DNA of 63,350 nucleotides, the filler included, from Gemmatimonadota bacterium (lineage in GTDB: Bacteria; 4572-55; J002), in assembly GCA_003697105.1 (NCBI GenBank). It is 6 parts of 6 records of this genome, joined end to end, with 100 filler letters (N's around TTAATTAATTAA, not from the genome) between each part and the next. Parts side by side here need not be neighbours in the genome. Positions count along the whole stretch, not along the records: positions 1 to 20,408 come from RFFQ01000196.1; 5 more parts are not named here. One strand, written 5' to 3'. Shown piece by piece: positions 1-12,965 of this stretch. Made by a program: the position numbers and the translations under genes. How positions within the stretch are numbered: the first letter of the stretch is position 1; each line of letters begins with the position of its first letter. The notes under the pieces were generated by a model that had not been told where the DNA came from, ran no database searches, and was given only the letters and a program-made list of their open reading frames with translations.

Positions 1-18
1 AACCAATGGAGTGTGATA

Positions 19-1146
19 ATGAATATCCAGATATCCCAAGAAAATTTACAAAAAGGAATCCAGACGGTTCAAAACGTCGTTTCCTCCAAAACGGCTTTAC
101 CCATTTTAAGTAATGTGCTTCTGGAAGCCGTGGAAGGAAAACTTATTTTCAAAGCGACTGACCTTGATATTTCCATTTCAACAAGCGTTCCGGCAATTGT
201 TTTTGAAGAAGGTTCAATTACATTACCGGCAAAAAAATTCGCAGAGATCATCAAAGAACTCCCCGCGATTTCTGTGAGTTTAGAGGTCGAACAAACTCAA
301 GATCATTACGGTTGGGTTACATTGAAAAGTGAGCGCGGTATGTTTAAGATCATGGGAATTCGGAAAGACGAATTTCCGAATTTTCCAGAAGTCAGCCCGG
401 AAAATCAGATTACCCTGAGTGCTCACATGCTCAAACGTATGATCCAAAAAACCATTTATGCGGTCTCTTCGGATGACACCCGCCCCGCCCTCGGGGGATT
501 GCTATTTGAGGTTCTTCCGGATTCCGTTACGACGGTCGCCACTGATGGTCGTCGTTTGTCACAGTACTCCGCAACGGTTTCTACCTCTATTGCAAATGAA
601 CTTCAAGTGATCGTGCCTCCCAAAGCACTTCACCATCTTAGCCATCTTCTTGGTTCGGATGACCTAATGGTTGAAATTACCTTTGATGAAAATTATATTG
701 TTTTCCAGTTGGATGAAACCACTATTTTTTCGCGATTAATCGAGGGTCCCTTTCCCGATTATAAACAGGTAATTCCGGCAGATAATGATAAATTGATTGT
801 GGTGAATCGACATGATTTTGCCGCATCACTGCGCCGGGTTTCCATTTTGGCGAGTCAACAGACGCGACAGATCAAATTGGCATTATCTCCCAATTTAGTG
901 GAAATCAGTGTAAACACACCGGAGATTGGGGAAGCCAAAGAAGAAATACCGGCAGAATATACCGGAGAACCGATGGAAATTGGCTATAATGCCTCCTTCT
1001 TGCTGGATGTCGTACGAAATATGGATTCAGAGCGGATACAGTTACAATTTGGTGAGCCTGACGGTGCAGGTATTTTTGTTCCCTTAGATACCGAAGAACA
1101 TGAAACCTATATGGCACTTTGTATGCCTTTGCGGTTACTAAGCTGA
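19..1146 (+). CDS. dnaN: DNA polymerase III beta sliding clamp
   Basis: LPILSNVLL, ATDLD, VATDGRRL, SRLIEGPFPDY and C-terminal MPLRL motifs; ATG at 19 after GGAG. Confidence 0.98.
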   Translation: MNIQISQENLQKGIQTVQNVVSSKTALPILSNVLLEAVEGKLIFKATDLDISISTSVPAIVFEEGSITLPAKKFAEIIKELPAISVSLEVEQTQDHYGWVTLKSERGMFKIMGIRKDEFPNFPEVSPENQITLSAHMLKRMIQKTIYAVSSDDTRPALGGLLFEVLPDSVTTVATDGRRLSQYSATVSTSIANELQVIVPPKALHHLSHLLGSDDLMVEITFDENYIVFQLDETTIFSRLIEGPFPDYKQVIPADNDKLIVVNRHDFAASLRRVSILASQQTRQIKLALSPNLVEISVNTPEIGEAKEEIPAEYTGEPMEIGYNASFLLDVVRNMDSERIQLQFGEPDGAGIFVPLDTEEHETYMALCMPLRLLS

Positions 1147-1208
1147 TGATATTATGACATGTTTTCCCTGTTCACTTCAATATTCTACTTTCCTTTAAGG
1201 AGGTTGTA

Positions 1209-2558
1209 ATGCTCAAGCACTATGCCCTATTATTTATTAGCTTATTTTTAATAAGCACTCCCTTGATCTTCACAGGTTGCAGTGAAGATGAGAATGAAGA
1301 ATTTCCGGCGGCACCCCAAGAAGCGAATGCCGTTTTAACCTCTCACTTTGCTGATTTGGCGGCGGGACAGAGCTATGTTGGATTTCATACCAGTGCCGCC
1401 GCGATCGCAAATGGGAGTTATGCTTCTGATAGTCTAGCGTTGATGTTGACCTTACCCCCATTGGATAATTCGCTGACTTATATGGCATCATTCAAGACAT
1501 ATCCGGGTAGTTCTTATCCGGTATTTTTTGCGTTAGCCGGTTCGGGTAATAATGGGACATTTGTCCTTGCGGATCCTACAAATGCACTTGGTTTTGATAA
1601 TCCATTTGATGTTTATCCCACCTTTCAAATTTTGTTCACCGAAACCGAATGGGCAGAGACGGATACGGCGGCTGTTCTTCCCATAATGCTGGCTTCTTCG
1701 CTCCCGGAACCTATTCTGCCTCATATTCAGCGGTTGTTACGTTCTGAACCCAATCTCCCCGAAGCTCATGGCTTACTTCCATCGATCATGTCTGTTGCGG
1801 ATGGCGTGTTAGGGGCATCACAATTGACGGCTGCGGGGACCACGCTTGAGGAAATTCAAGGGAATGCACTTGTTGTCGGAGGTGCGTTGCAAAATTATGA
1901 GGCTTTGGCGACAGGTGCCGGTCAATTACTAGGGTTATGCGCCGCCTCAACGGCATCTTCTCAAATGATGAAATACTACGCTTCTCAAGCCATCGGCTCA
2001 TTGGAAACTGCCGGTGGACATGCGCAGGCGATAGGTGCCAAAATTCAGGAAATTCAGATGGCAACTGAGTTTGATCAAGCTCAGACCTTAGCCAATGAAT
2101 TGTTGGCGCTTAGCCAAGCTCTTCGGGCAAGTTGTTGGATGGCGTTGACAAATGCTCAGAGTATGGCACACTATCCCGTTGGGAATCCGTTACCAAAAGG
2201 ACAATTGCGGATTACCAATAACGAAATGATCCTGACATTGATTGATATGCCGGTTCTGGGTGAATTTGGGACGAATGATTCTAATCTACCGTATGGATAT
2301 GCTTATGAAGGGCTTCTGGTAAAAGGAAATGAGCACATTCTAATCGGCTATTTTGGACATTTACCCGGACAAACGTCTTCAATGGTTTGGCCCTACCGTT
2401 ACACGACATTTCCACAAGGGTTTGATCAGGTAAAAATTAATTTAGTCCGTTATGACCGGGTCATTGATCCCGAAAGTGGTGATGTGGTATATGATTATGA
2501 ATTAGATAATGATCCGGCTGCGAGCCTGCTTACGGTTATGTCTGGTGCAATTCAATAA
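1209..2558 (+). CDS. Hypothetical lipoprotein (beta domain - helical bundle - beta domain)
   Basis: AAGGAGG RBS; hydrophobic N-terminus ending IFTG-C lipobox, then acidic linker; 449 aa. Confidence 0.8.
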   Translation: MLKHYALLFISLFLISTPLIFTGCSEDENEEFPAAPQEANAVLTSHFADLAAGQSYVGFHTSAAAIANGSYASDSLALMLTLPPLDNSLTYMASFKTYPGSSYPVFFALAGSGNNGTFVLADPTNALGFDNPFDVYPTFQILFTETEWAETDTAAVLPIMLASSLPEPILPHIQRLLRSEPNLPEAHGLLPSIMSVADGVLGASQLTAAGTTLEEIQGNALVVGGALQNYEALATGAGQLLGLCAASTASSQMMKYYASQAIGSLETAGGHAQAIGAKIQEIQMATEFDQAQTLANELLALSQALRASCWMALTNAQSMAHYPVGNPLPKGQLRITNNEMILTLIDMPVLGEFGTNDSNLPYGYAYEGLLVKGNEHILIGYFGHLPGQTSSMVWPYRYTTFPQGFDQVKINLVRYDRVIDPESGDVVYDYELDNDPAASLLTVMSGAIQ

Positions 2559-2584
2559 ATAAAAAATGAAGAAAGGGTAGAAGA

Positions 2585-4192
2585 ATGCAAATATTCCTTA
2601 AACTGACTGGCATCGTGTTCATGAGTCTGTTGGTGTTGACGTTGGTCAACTGTACGGAGGATACTCCAGCTACCGATGAAAATTATCCGAAAACGGCTAC
2701 TATAGAGCCAGACTCTTTGTTGCTTGATGTAGGAGAAGTATCACCGGAATTAATGGCACATCTGTATGATGTCGATGGGAACGAGGTGACCGGTGATTGG
2801 CCCATTTATTGGTCGGTAAACCGTACTCAAGAAGATACGGCTCTGGTAGTTGAGTTGAATAGTGATAGTAATGTGGGGAATCTGAAAACATTTCGAGCGG
2901 TAAATTATGGGCTAGAGCAAATTTATGCTTCTATCGCAAAAAATCCAAACAATTCGGCTATTCGCGGTGAAGTGACCGTCTTGGTTCCCAAAGCGAGTGC
3001 CTCTCTAACAGGCACATGGGGATTATTTGAAGCCACTATTCGTCCCCAAAATTCGTCCGCGTCTGTGCATGATAGTAAACGAATACGCATCGAAATTGCT
3101 GGCAGTTTACCCGCATTAGTGGGAGATGCTTATGTTTACACCGCCTATGTTATTACTGACAATGGGCAAGTAAATGTAGGACCCCTGACACCTAATCCGG
3201 TGAATGAACAAGTCAACATCTCAATCGATTTAGGTTCTGATGTGAATTTTGCCCAAGATGCTACAGGTTTTCGCCTTACCGTTGAACGGGCGGATAATAT
3301 CCCGGCAACGTATCAAGAGGGGACGGGCATTGTCCTATTTGAAGAGTACCTACCGGCACTTGTTCCCGGGGGTGCTCTCGAAATCGTTCGTCAATTGTTA
3401 CACCCCACAGAAGGAAGCGTCGTACAGCTTCGTGATGCTTTAAACCCCATTTTGTATTACAATGCACGTATCAAAAATAGTGTGGGAGATGGTGATTTAG
3501 TTGCAAGTTACGCGGATTCGCTCTCAGATGTGCTCACACCGCTTTCAGAACAGTTTAATCAGGCAGTGCAACTGTTAGAAGACCTCCAAAATGCGGAAGA
3601 CCGGACCGATCTTATGTATAGTAACGCGCTTGTGGCGGATGGATTGTACCGGCGTTCGTTGGATTCCCTAACGGTTGCTACCAGTATTACAGAGGCATTG
3701 CAATCCACCCCGACGGATACATTGCTCATCAATCGTCTGGATGAGGTCACATCTGCCCTAGAAACGAATCTGACAGAGGGTTTCTCGAATGTTCAAACGA
3801 TGTTGACCTTGAGTGGTGTCGGTCATGAGGATTATTCACCGCAAGTACAAATTATTGAAATGACACGGTCTAATCTGAACTATACGGTTTCCAATGTGGA
3901 TTCTATTCCCTATGTTAATAACTCAAATTGGGAGTATGTTCTGTGGCTGGGTAATAACCGGATTCCATCCTATTTGCCGGTACCAAACGGTGATGATTAT
4001 ATTTTAGATACGGGTCATTATGATGGTATTAACACCCGCGAAACCTTTACCGAACCGGGAGAATCGGTTTCGGATTACCCGGATCGTCATCAATTTGTGT
4101 ATGTGACACTCCAACCGGCAACGGATTTGGAAACGTTCACAGGTATTGTTGTTGCCAAGGGTTTCCTGACATACGCGAACATTTCTCAATAA
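2585..4192 (+). CDS. Hypothetical lipoprotein with N-terminal Ig-like domain
   Basis: Signal peptide ending LVN-C; TIEPDSLLLDVGE...L.A.LYD.DGN...WS resembles bacterial Ig-like (Big) repeats; 535 aa. Confidence 0.75.
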   Translation: MQIFLKLTGIVFMSLLVLTLVNCTEDTPATDENYPKTATIEPDSLLLDVGEVSPELMAHLYDVDGNEVTGDWPIYWSVNRTQEDTALVVELNSDSNVGNLKTFRAVNYGLEQIYASIAKNPNNSAIRGEVTVLVPKASASLTGTWGLFEATIRPQNSSASVHDSKRIRIEIAGSLPALVGDAYVYTAYVITDNGQVNVGPLTPNPVNEQVNISIDLGSDVNFAQDATGFRLTVERADNIPATYQEGTGIVLFEEYLPALVPGGALEIVRQLLHPTEGSVVQLRDALNPILYYNARIKNSVGDGDLVASYADSLSDVLTPLSEQFNQAVQLLEDLQNAEDRTDLMYSNALVADGLYRRSLDSLTVATSITEALQSTPTDTLLINRLDEVTSALETNLTEGFSNVQTMLTLSGVGHEDYSPQVQIIEMTRSNLNYTVSNVDSIPYVNNSNWEYVLWLGNNRIPSYLPVPNGDDYILDTGHYDGINTRETFTEPGESVSDYPDRHQFVYVTLQPATDLETFTGIVVAKGFLTYANISQ

Positions 4193-4214
4193 CACTATTC
4201 TTATTACGGGTTAC

Positions 4215-4265
4215 GAATACCAGAATCTACGACTTGAGAGTGGATTCTGGTATTCCCCTTTTATT
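4215..4265 (+). terminator. Intrinsic terminator after the lipoprotein pair
   Basis: GAATACCAGAATCTAC / GTGGATTCTGGTATTC inverted repeat followed by CCCTTTTATT. Confidence 0.7.
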
Positions 4266-4312
4266 CCATGCGAAAAAGTAGCCTCGCTTTTTCAGGTTAA
4301 GGTTCTCTATCG

Positions 4313-5421
4313 GTGTATTTCCGCTCCATTTCGCTGACACAATTTCGTAATTATCACACTGCCACGCTAGATTTGAGTCCCGAGGGAAATATTTTTTTTG
4401 GTACAAATGGTCAGGGAAAGACTAATTTATTAGAAGCCTTACATTGCTTGTGTGTGGGGCGCTCTCCACGCGGGGCGCGGGATACGGAGATTATTAAACA
4501 GGGCTGTGATTTTTACCGGCTTTCCGGGGTTGCATTTCGGAAAAGCGGTACCCGTCTCGATATTGAACTGAATTTTCAGAAACCCAACCGGAAATCGCTT
4601 AAAATAAATGGGCAGTCTCAAAAAGCGGTTTCAGAATTCATCGGGCAACTCTCGGTGGTGAGTGTTTCACCCGAAGATATTGCTATTACGAGTGGCAGCC
4701 CCTCATACCGGAGACGCTACCTCGATATTGCCTTGTCACAAACCCATCGATCCTATCTATCTGCCCTGCAAGAATATCAGCGGATTCTGGATCAGCGAAA
4801 TGCGATTCTCAAAGAGATTCAAATCAAGCCGGAAAAACGCCGCACGTTGCGAGACCAACTGTTAGTATGGGATCAGCAGTTTGCCCAAGCCGGAGCAACC
4901 GTGATTGAACATCGACTGAATGCCGTTGACTTTTTAAGCAAAAAAGCGCATCAGATGCACCAGTATGTCAGTGCTGATACCGAAAATTTGCAATGTCGAT
5001 ATATTCCGGCATTTTCAACAGATACAACCTCCTTAGCAGATGCGTTTTATCAAACGTTGCGAAAACAGCAAGAAAAAGATGAAGTACGTGGCTATACCAC
5101 TTTGGGACCGCATCGGGATGATTTGCGTATTACGTTGAACGGGTTCGATTTGCGGACATACGGGTCGCAAGGACAATTGCGGACGGCGTGTATCTCTTTG
5201 CGGATTGCCGAAGCGGAATGGCTCGCCGCCAAAGCACAGGAATCTCCGATCATGCTCCTCGATGAAGTTTTTGCTGAACTCGACCTGTCGCGTACCCATC
5301 AGTTGATGGAACTGTTTCAGCAGTATGGTCAAGTGTTTATTGCAACAGCACGAGAGGCAGATTTTGCGAAATGTCCCTCTTCATTCCAGACCTTTTACAT
5401 CGATCAAGGACATATCAAACC

Positions 5422-5425
<4 letters not shown>
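4313..5425 (+). CDS. recF: DNA replication/repair protein RecF
   Basis: FRNY, G.NGQGKTNLLEA, GPHRDDL, GSQGQ, LLDEV motifs. Confidence 0.97.
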
Positions 5426-7719
<2,294 letters not shown>

Positions 7720-7720
<1 letters not shown>

Positions 7721-9222
7721 TGAACGATTCTATTTTTCCGCGTGACGAACGAACACGTACAATTCTCATTGTTGATGATGAGCGCACGCTGGTTCAAATT
7801 GTCTCCAAGATGGTCGAAGGCGCGGGGTATCAAACTCTCTCCGCGAATTCCGGACCCCAAGCGCTGGCGCTCTTAGCCTCTGAGTCCGTTGACTTGGTGT
7901 TGCTGGACATCATGATGCCCGGAGTCAGTGGTTATGAGGTCTGCCGCGAAATCAAAGCGACATACCCAGATTATCTGCCGGTGATCATGGTCACTGCCAA
8001 GCGGGCGCTGGAAGATAAAGTGAGCGGCTTTGAACATGGCGCCGATGATTACGTAGTGAAGCCGTTTCATAGCACGGAACTGCTGGCACGTATTAAAGCC
8101 ATGCTCCGTATCAAAGCAATGCACGAACAACATCAACAAATGTTGAAACGGGTTTCCGCAGAAAAGAGTAAACTAAAGGCGGTCTTCAATTCCACGCGAG
8201 ATGGATTGATAACCCTTGCCGGAGACCATCCCCCGCAAGTCTCCAATGTGAATCGAATTGTTACTGAACTGTTTCATTGCAAAGCCATTGAATTGATTGG
8301 ATTACCACTTGATGATCTGATTCACCGCTGCCGGAAAACGTTTCGGGAAGGTGACGCATTGGCTACGTACTTACGCGACCCCAATCCGGGGGATGAGGTT
8401 TGCAAAGCCTCTACTATGGATCAGGTCTTTGAGGTCTCCCGGTCGCCGGTTGTCGATGCCGGGGGTGTACGGGTCGGCGAGATTATCTCGTTTCATGAAA
8501 TCACCAAATCACATCAACTGGCGGAACTTCGAGATGATGTGAGCCACATGCTGGTGCACGACTTAAAAAATCCTTTGGCGGCTATTTTGACCAGTTTGCA
8601 GGTCGTTATGAAAAGTCAAGAAAGGCAACTTGCTCCGGCGAATGTGGAGTTACTCGAATCGGCATATCACAGCGGGTTACGGTTGATGGGCATGATTGGT
8701 GATATTCTGGATGTGTACCGCTCAGATGCCTCCGCATTGCTTATCACGCCGGAGACCTTCGATCTGGTGCAACTGATTCTGGAGGCGATTGCCGAACAGC
8801 GTATTTTTTCCACAGAAAAAGAGATTACCCTAGAATTTGAACCCTTAGCGGATGTAGATGCGTCGTACCGGGTCTTGGCCGACCGGCATAAAATCTACCG
8901 CGTGTTGACCAATTTGATCGATAATGCAATCCAATTTACCCCTCGTGGGGGGATTATACGGGTTCAATTAGACCGGCTTGCGGATCAATTCCAAATTTCT
9001 GTGATCGATACCGGTGAGGGTATTCCGGCAGAATTTGTTTCCAAAGTATTTGATCGATTTTCGCAGGCAGAAGCCCGAATTCAGGGTAAAAAAATATCAA
9101 CCGGTTTGGGGTTGGCGTTCTGTAAATTAGTTGTTGAAGCACATCATGGCACCATTTCCGTACAAAGCCAACTGGGTCAGGGATCGATTTTTCGATTTAC
9201 GTTACCAATACCAACTTCTTAA
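7720..9222 (+). CDS. Cytoplasmic hybrid histidine kinase (REC - PAS-like - HisKA - HATPase_c)
   Basis: ILIVDD/LLDIMMP/KPF receiver; HDLKNPL H-box; NLIDNA, DTGEGI, GLGL boxes; TAATG overlap with gyrB. Confidence 0.92.
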
Positions 9223-9252
9223 TGAACATTTTTACGAAAGGGAAGGTAGGTC

Positions 9253-11013
9253 ATGGGAACATTTGCGGTTCGGGAGAGTAAAGGGATTTTTACAATCAAG
9301 GATATGCTGAAAAAGAGCGCCGATCAATTTCAGTCCAAAGTGGCGATGCAAATTAAGCGGAATGGCGTTTACCAACAGATCACTTATTTGCAACTGTTTG
9401 ACCGGGTTCAGGCGCTGGCGGAAAAGCTAGTCGATTTAGGTCTGGAAAAAAATGATCGAGTTTCGATTGTGGGAGAAAATCGACCCGAGTGGGCAATTAG
9501 TTATTTAGCAATTGCTCGCGCGGGCTTAACGATTGTTCCGCTGGACCCCCAATTGAGTGCAGAAAAATTCCGGCATATCATGGAGGATGCCGGTGTCAAA
9601 TATGTTTTTGCTTCGGAGAAATTTGTGGATGATCTGGTGGAAATCCAACCTCGGGTGGAGACCCTGCAAAAGGTTATTTCCATGGATGCGGCACATCATA
9701 CTGAAATGGTGTTATCTATGGAAGCGTTGGAAGCCGAGGGTAAGGAATTGGTGAGCCGTGGCAAAAATATGGCGGAATTGCGCCCGGTAGAACTGGATGA
9801 TTTGGCGGTAATTTTGTATACCTCCGGTACTACCGGTACATCGAAAGGGGTGATGTTGAGCCACCGGAATATTATGTCAAACGTGGATAGCTGTTATCAA
9901 GCCATTTTATTTGATGAAAAGGATGTTTTTCTTTCTGTTTTGCCACTCAACCATGTTTTTGAGGCGACCGCTGGCTTTTTAGTGCCATTGTTTAGCGGTT
10001 CGACCATCACCTATGCCAAAAGCTTAAAATCGGCAGACATTGTGGAAGGCATTAAAGAAACCGGTGTCACCGTTATGAACGGTGTACCGCTACTATATGA
10101 GAAGATGCTTGCCGGAATTCTGCGTAAAATAAAAACACAACCAGAAAAGGTGCAGAAAAAGTTTGGACGAGCCTTAGGTCTGGTCCGGTTGGCAAAAAAA
10201 GTGAATATCAACGCGGGGAAATTGATCTTTAAAGGGTTACGGGAAAAGGCGGGTTTACATACGATTCGCTTTTTTGTTTCTGGAGGAGCGGCACTCTCCA
10301 AAGAAACTCAAATCGGTTTTGCCGAGTTAGGAATGACCATTCTTCAAGGGTACGGGCTTTCAGAATCAGCGCCGGTATTAACGCTCAATCCGGAAGGTCG
10401 AGAACGATTGGGTAGCATTGGACTTCCCATTCCCAATGTCGAGGTTGAAATTTACCAACCTGATAGTGAGGGTATCGGCGAGATCATCGCGCGCGGTCCA
10501 AACATTATGGTGGGCTATTACCGCAACCCCGAAGCCACCGCGGCAACCTTACGAAATGGATGGCTACACACCGGTGACCTTGGTTACAAGGATAAAGATG
10601 GCTATATCTATATCTCTGGGCGTAGCAAAAACATGATTGTGACCAAAGCCGGAAAAAATGTCTATCCCGAAGAGGTTGAACAGGAATTGCTAAAAAGTGA
10701 GTATATTGAGGAAGTTCTGGTCTTGGGAAAACTCGATCCGGAAACTCAGCGGGAGCAAGTCCATGCGATTGTGTATCCCAATTACGAAAATGTGGATGAA
10801 TACGCCAAAACCCACAACTTGCAACCGATGACCCAACAACAAGTGTACGACCTCATTAAAAAGGAAATTTCAACCTACTGTGCGAATCTTGCCGCGTATA
10901 AGCGGGTCAAGGATTTTGAAATTCGTGAGGAAGAGTTTGAAAAAACAACCACGAAAAAGATCAAACGGTTCTTGTTCCAACAGCCACAAGTTCAAGTGAA
11001 TAACGGAGCATGA
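9253..11013 (+). CDS. Long-chain fatty acid-CoA ligase (AMP-binding)
   Basis: YTSGTTGTSKGVMLSH, QGYGLSE, GWLHTGDLG motifs. Confidence 0.93.
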   Translation: MGTFAVRESKGIFTIKDMLKKSADQFQSKVAMQIKRNGVYQQITYLQLFDRVQALAEKLVDLGLEKNDRVSIVGENRPEWAISYLAIARAGLTIVPLDPQLSAEKFRHIMEDAGVKYVFASEKFVDDLVEIQPRVETLQKVISMDAAHHTEMVLSMEALEAEGKELVSRGKNMAELRPVELDDLAVILYTSGTTGTSKGVMLSHRNIMSNVDSCYQAILFDEKDVFLSVLPLNHVFEATAGFLVPLFSGSTITYAKSLKSADIVEGIKETGVTVMNGVPLLYEKMLAGILRKIKTQPEKVQKKFGRALGLVRLAKKVNINAGKLIFKGLREKAGLHTIRFFVSGGAALSKETQIGFAELGMTILQGYGLSESAPVLTLNPEGRERLGSIGLPIPNVEVEIYQPDSEGIGEIIARGPNIMVGYYRNPEATAATLRNGWLHTGDLGYKDKDGYIYISGRSKNMIVTKAGKNVYPEEVEQELLKSEYIEEVLVLGKLDPETQREQVHAIVYPNYENVDEYAKTHNLQPMTQQQVYDLIKKEISTYCANLAAYKRVKDFEIREEEFEKTTTKKIKRFLFQQPQVQVNNGA

Positions 11014-11035
11014 ACGGGACTGTTGCCGTTAGAAC

Positions 11036-11083
11036 ATGAAAAACGCCACGATGTCAATTCCATGATGTCGTGGCTGTTTTCAT
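11036..11083. terminator. Bidirectional terminator between convergent genes
   Basis: ATGAAAAACGCCACGATGTCA / TGATGTCGTGGCTGTTTTCAT imperfect inverted repeat with A/T flanks. Confidence 0.6.
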
Positions 11084-11128
11084 ACATGCAAAGATTTCAG
11101 CAGGGTTTTATACACCCTACACGCAGGT

Positions 11129-12265
11129 CTAATCTTTGGTATCATCCTGTTGGAGGGGCAACTCCAATTGATACAATTCCTGCCGGGTTTGGATGATGGC
11201 ACTCCGTTCTGATCCCGGTAAGAAGGTCACGTGGGGTGTCCGGTAGTGCCACATGTGATAGCGGATTTCATTTTCAAATATTTTGATGCCGGTACGATCA
11301 TACGCCTGAATAATCCCGCGAGTATGGCGTTCGTTTACCGGCGCATTCCCCCCTCGGTCCACATCAATTCCAACCAGAATGTAGGTGCCTGCGTCATTAA
11401 TATCTACCGAAACAAAGGTTTTTCCCGGATCACCGGACTCGGTGTGCCACACTTCCTGTGCGGATTGGGTCTCAAATAGATACAAATTCCAGCGATCTGC
11501 TAAGGCCGTGTAAGCACCATTGGCGGAGATTGAGAGGTCTCGGGGGAAAGGGTTTCGGACGGTTTTCTCGCCTAACAGTTGATCCTGTTCGTAAAAACGG
11601 ATCCGATCTTGGTTCACAAGAGCGGTATATGCCGCGGCATCCGATGTGGCAAAATATTGGCAGGTGGTGTTGATTTCCCAGACCGGATCGCCACTCGGAC
11701 AGCGGAATGCCCTCACGCCTGTTTTGGTATTTGCCACGAACGTGTCGCCATCCGGGGAAAAATCAAAGGTTTGTAAGCCGGGAAGGTCCATTTCCTCGGA
11801 TCGGCTTCCGTTACGGTTGTAAAAATAGAGTTTGGCAAATTCGGGGGATTCTACGTCGCGTAACACAGAGATCAAATATCCACTATTGGATATATAATAG
11901 GCCGTATGGTACTCATGTTCAATTTTAAACAGCGGTTTCCCACTACTTTCGTATAGCTCAAACCCGCTGATAACCATATATTCGCCTGTTCCTGCCACGA
12001 AGGTCATAATCCCGATATATTTCCCATTGGCAGAGATAATGGCACGTTGGTTTGTGTCCAAGGTGCTAAAGAGTTCGGTCTCGCGGGTTGCGGTTAAGAT
12101 GTCGATGCGTTCCGGGTAAACTACCGTGATTTCACTCTCACTAACCCCAACCGTAAAAATATCCGTTTTCTCATCGACCAATCGCTGGAGTTCTGCAGCG
12201 AAGCTTGGAAATGCCAGTATGATCCATAGGATGGCGTTTAGTAGAACATGTCGTACCCGGGTCAT
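11129..12265 (-). CDS. Secreted beta-propeller-like protein
   Basis: Signal peptide (..AFPSFA); repeated ISANG/FSPDG/ISNSG blade motifs; AAGGAG RBS. Confidence 0.7.
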   Translation of the reverse strand: MTRVRHVLLNAILWIILAFPSFAAELQRLVDEKTDIFTVGVSESEITVVYPERIDILTATRETELFSTLDTNQRAIISANGKYIGIMTFVAGTGEYMVISGFELYESSGKPLFKIEHEYHTAYYISNSGYLISVLRDVESPEFAKLYFYNRNGSRSEEMDLPGLQTFDFSPDGDTFVANTKTGVRAFRCPSGDPVWEINTTCQYFATSDAAAYTALVNQDRIRFYEQDQLLGEKTVRNPFPRDLSISANGAYTALADRWNLYLFETQSAQEVWHTESGDPGKTFVSVDINDAGTYILVGIDVDRGGNAPVNERHTRGIIQAYDRTGIKIFENEIRYHMWHYRTPHVTFLPGSERSAIIQTRQELYQLELPLQQDDTKD

Positions 12266-12293
12266 GCTATCTCCTTAGGAATATCCCGCTGAA

Positions 12294-12965
12294 TTAGACA
12301 AGTTGTGCCCGTTTGGCATTATACCGGATCGAGTGAATGGCTTCTGCCAAATTGGGTGCCCCGAAAACGGCTGATCCGGCGACCAGCACATCTGCTCCGG
12401 CTTGTCCGACTAGCCGTGCCGTTTCAGGGTTGATGCCTCCATCCACTTCAACAAAACACTCAAACCCGACCTCACTAATGAGTTCACGTAATTTTCGGAT
12501 TTTGGGGATCACGCCGCGGATAAATTCCTGCCGGGCAAATCCGGGATTGACGGTCATCAGCAGAACTAAATTGAGATCACTCAAGACATATTTGATATTG
12601 TCTAGAGGTGTTGCGGGGTTCAGGGCGACCCCCGGTTGAACGCCCAATTCTTTGATGCGGGTGATGGTGCGGTGCAGGTGAGTACAGGCTTCCGCATGAA
12701 CGGTGATAAAGTTTGCCCCTGCACTGCTGAACGCCTTGAGATAGCGATCCGGGTCTGTGATCATCAAATGTACATCCAGTGGTAAATCCGTAACTTGCCG
12801 GATAGCATTCACCACCATCGGACCAAAGGTGATATTGGGCACAAAATGGCCATCCATGACGTCCAGATGAATAAAATCCGCACCGGCGTCTTCTACTGCC
12901 CGCACCTGATCTGCTAAGTACCGAAAATCCGCGGATAACATGGAGGGTGCTACCTTAATTTCCAT
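12294..12965 (-). CDS. rpe: Ribulose-phosphate 3-epimerase
   Basis: APSMLSADF, HLDVMDGHFVPNITFG, DVHLM, EVDGG. Confidence 0.97.
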   Translation of the reverse strand: MEIKVAPSMLSADFRYLADQVRAVEDAGADFIHLDVMDGHFVPNITFGPMVVNAIRQVTDLPLDVHLMITDPDRYLKAFSSAGANFITVHAEACTHLHRTITRIKELGVQPGVALNPATPLDNIKYVLSDLNLVLLMTVNPGFARQEFIRGVIPKIRKLRELISEVGFECFVEVDGGINPETARLVGQAGADVLVAGSAVFGAPNLAEAIHSIRYNAKRAQLV

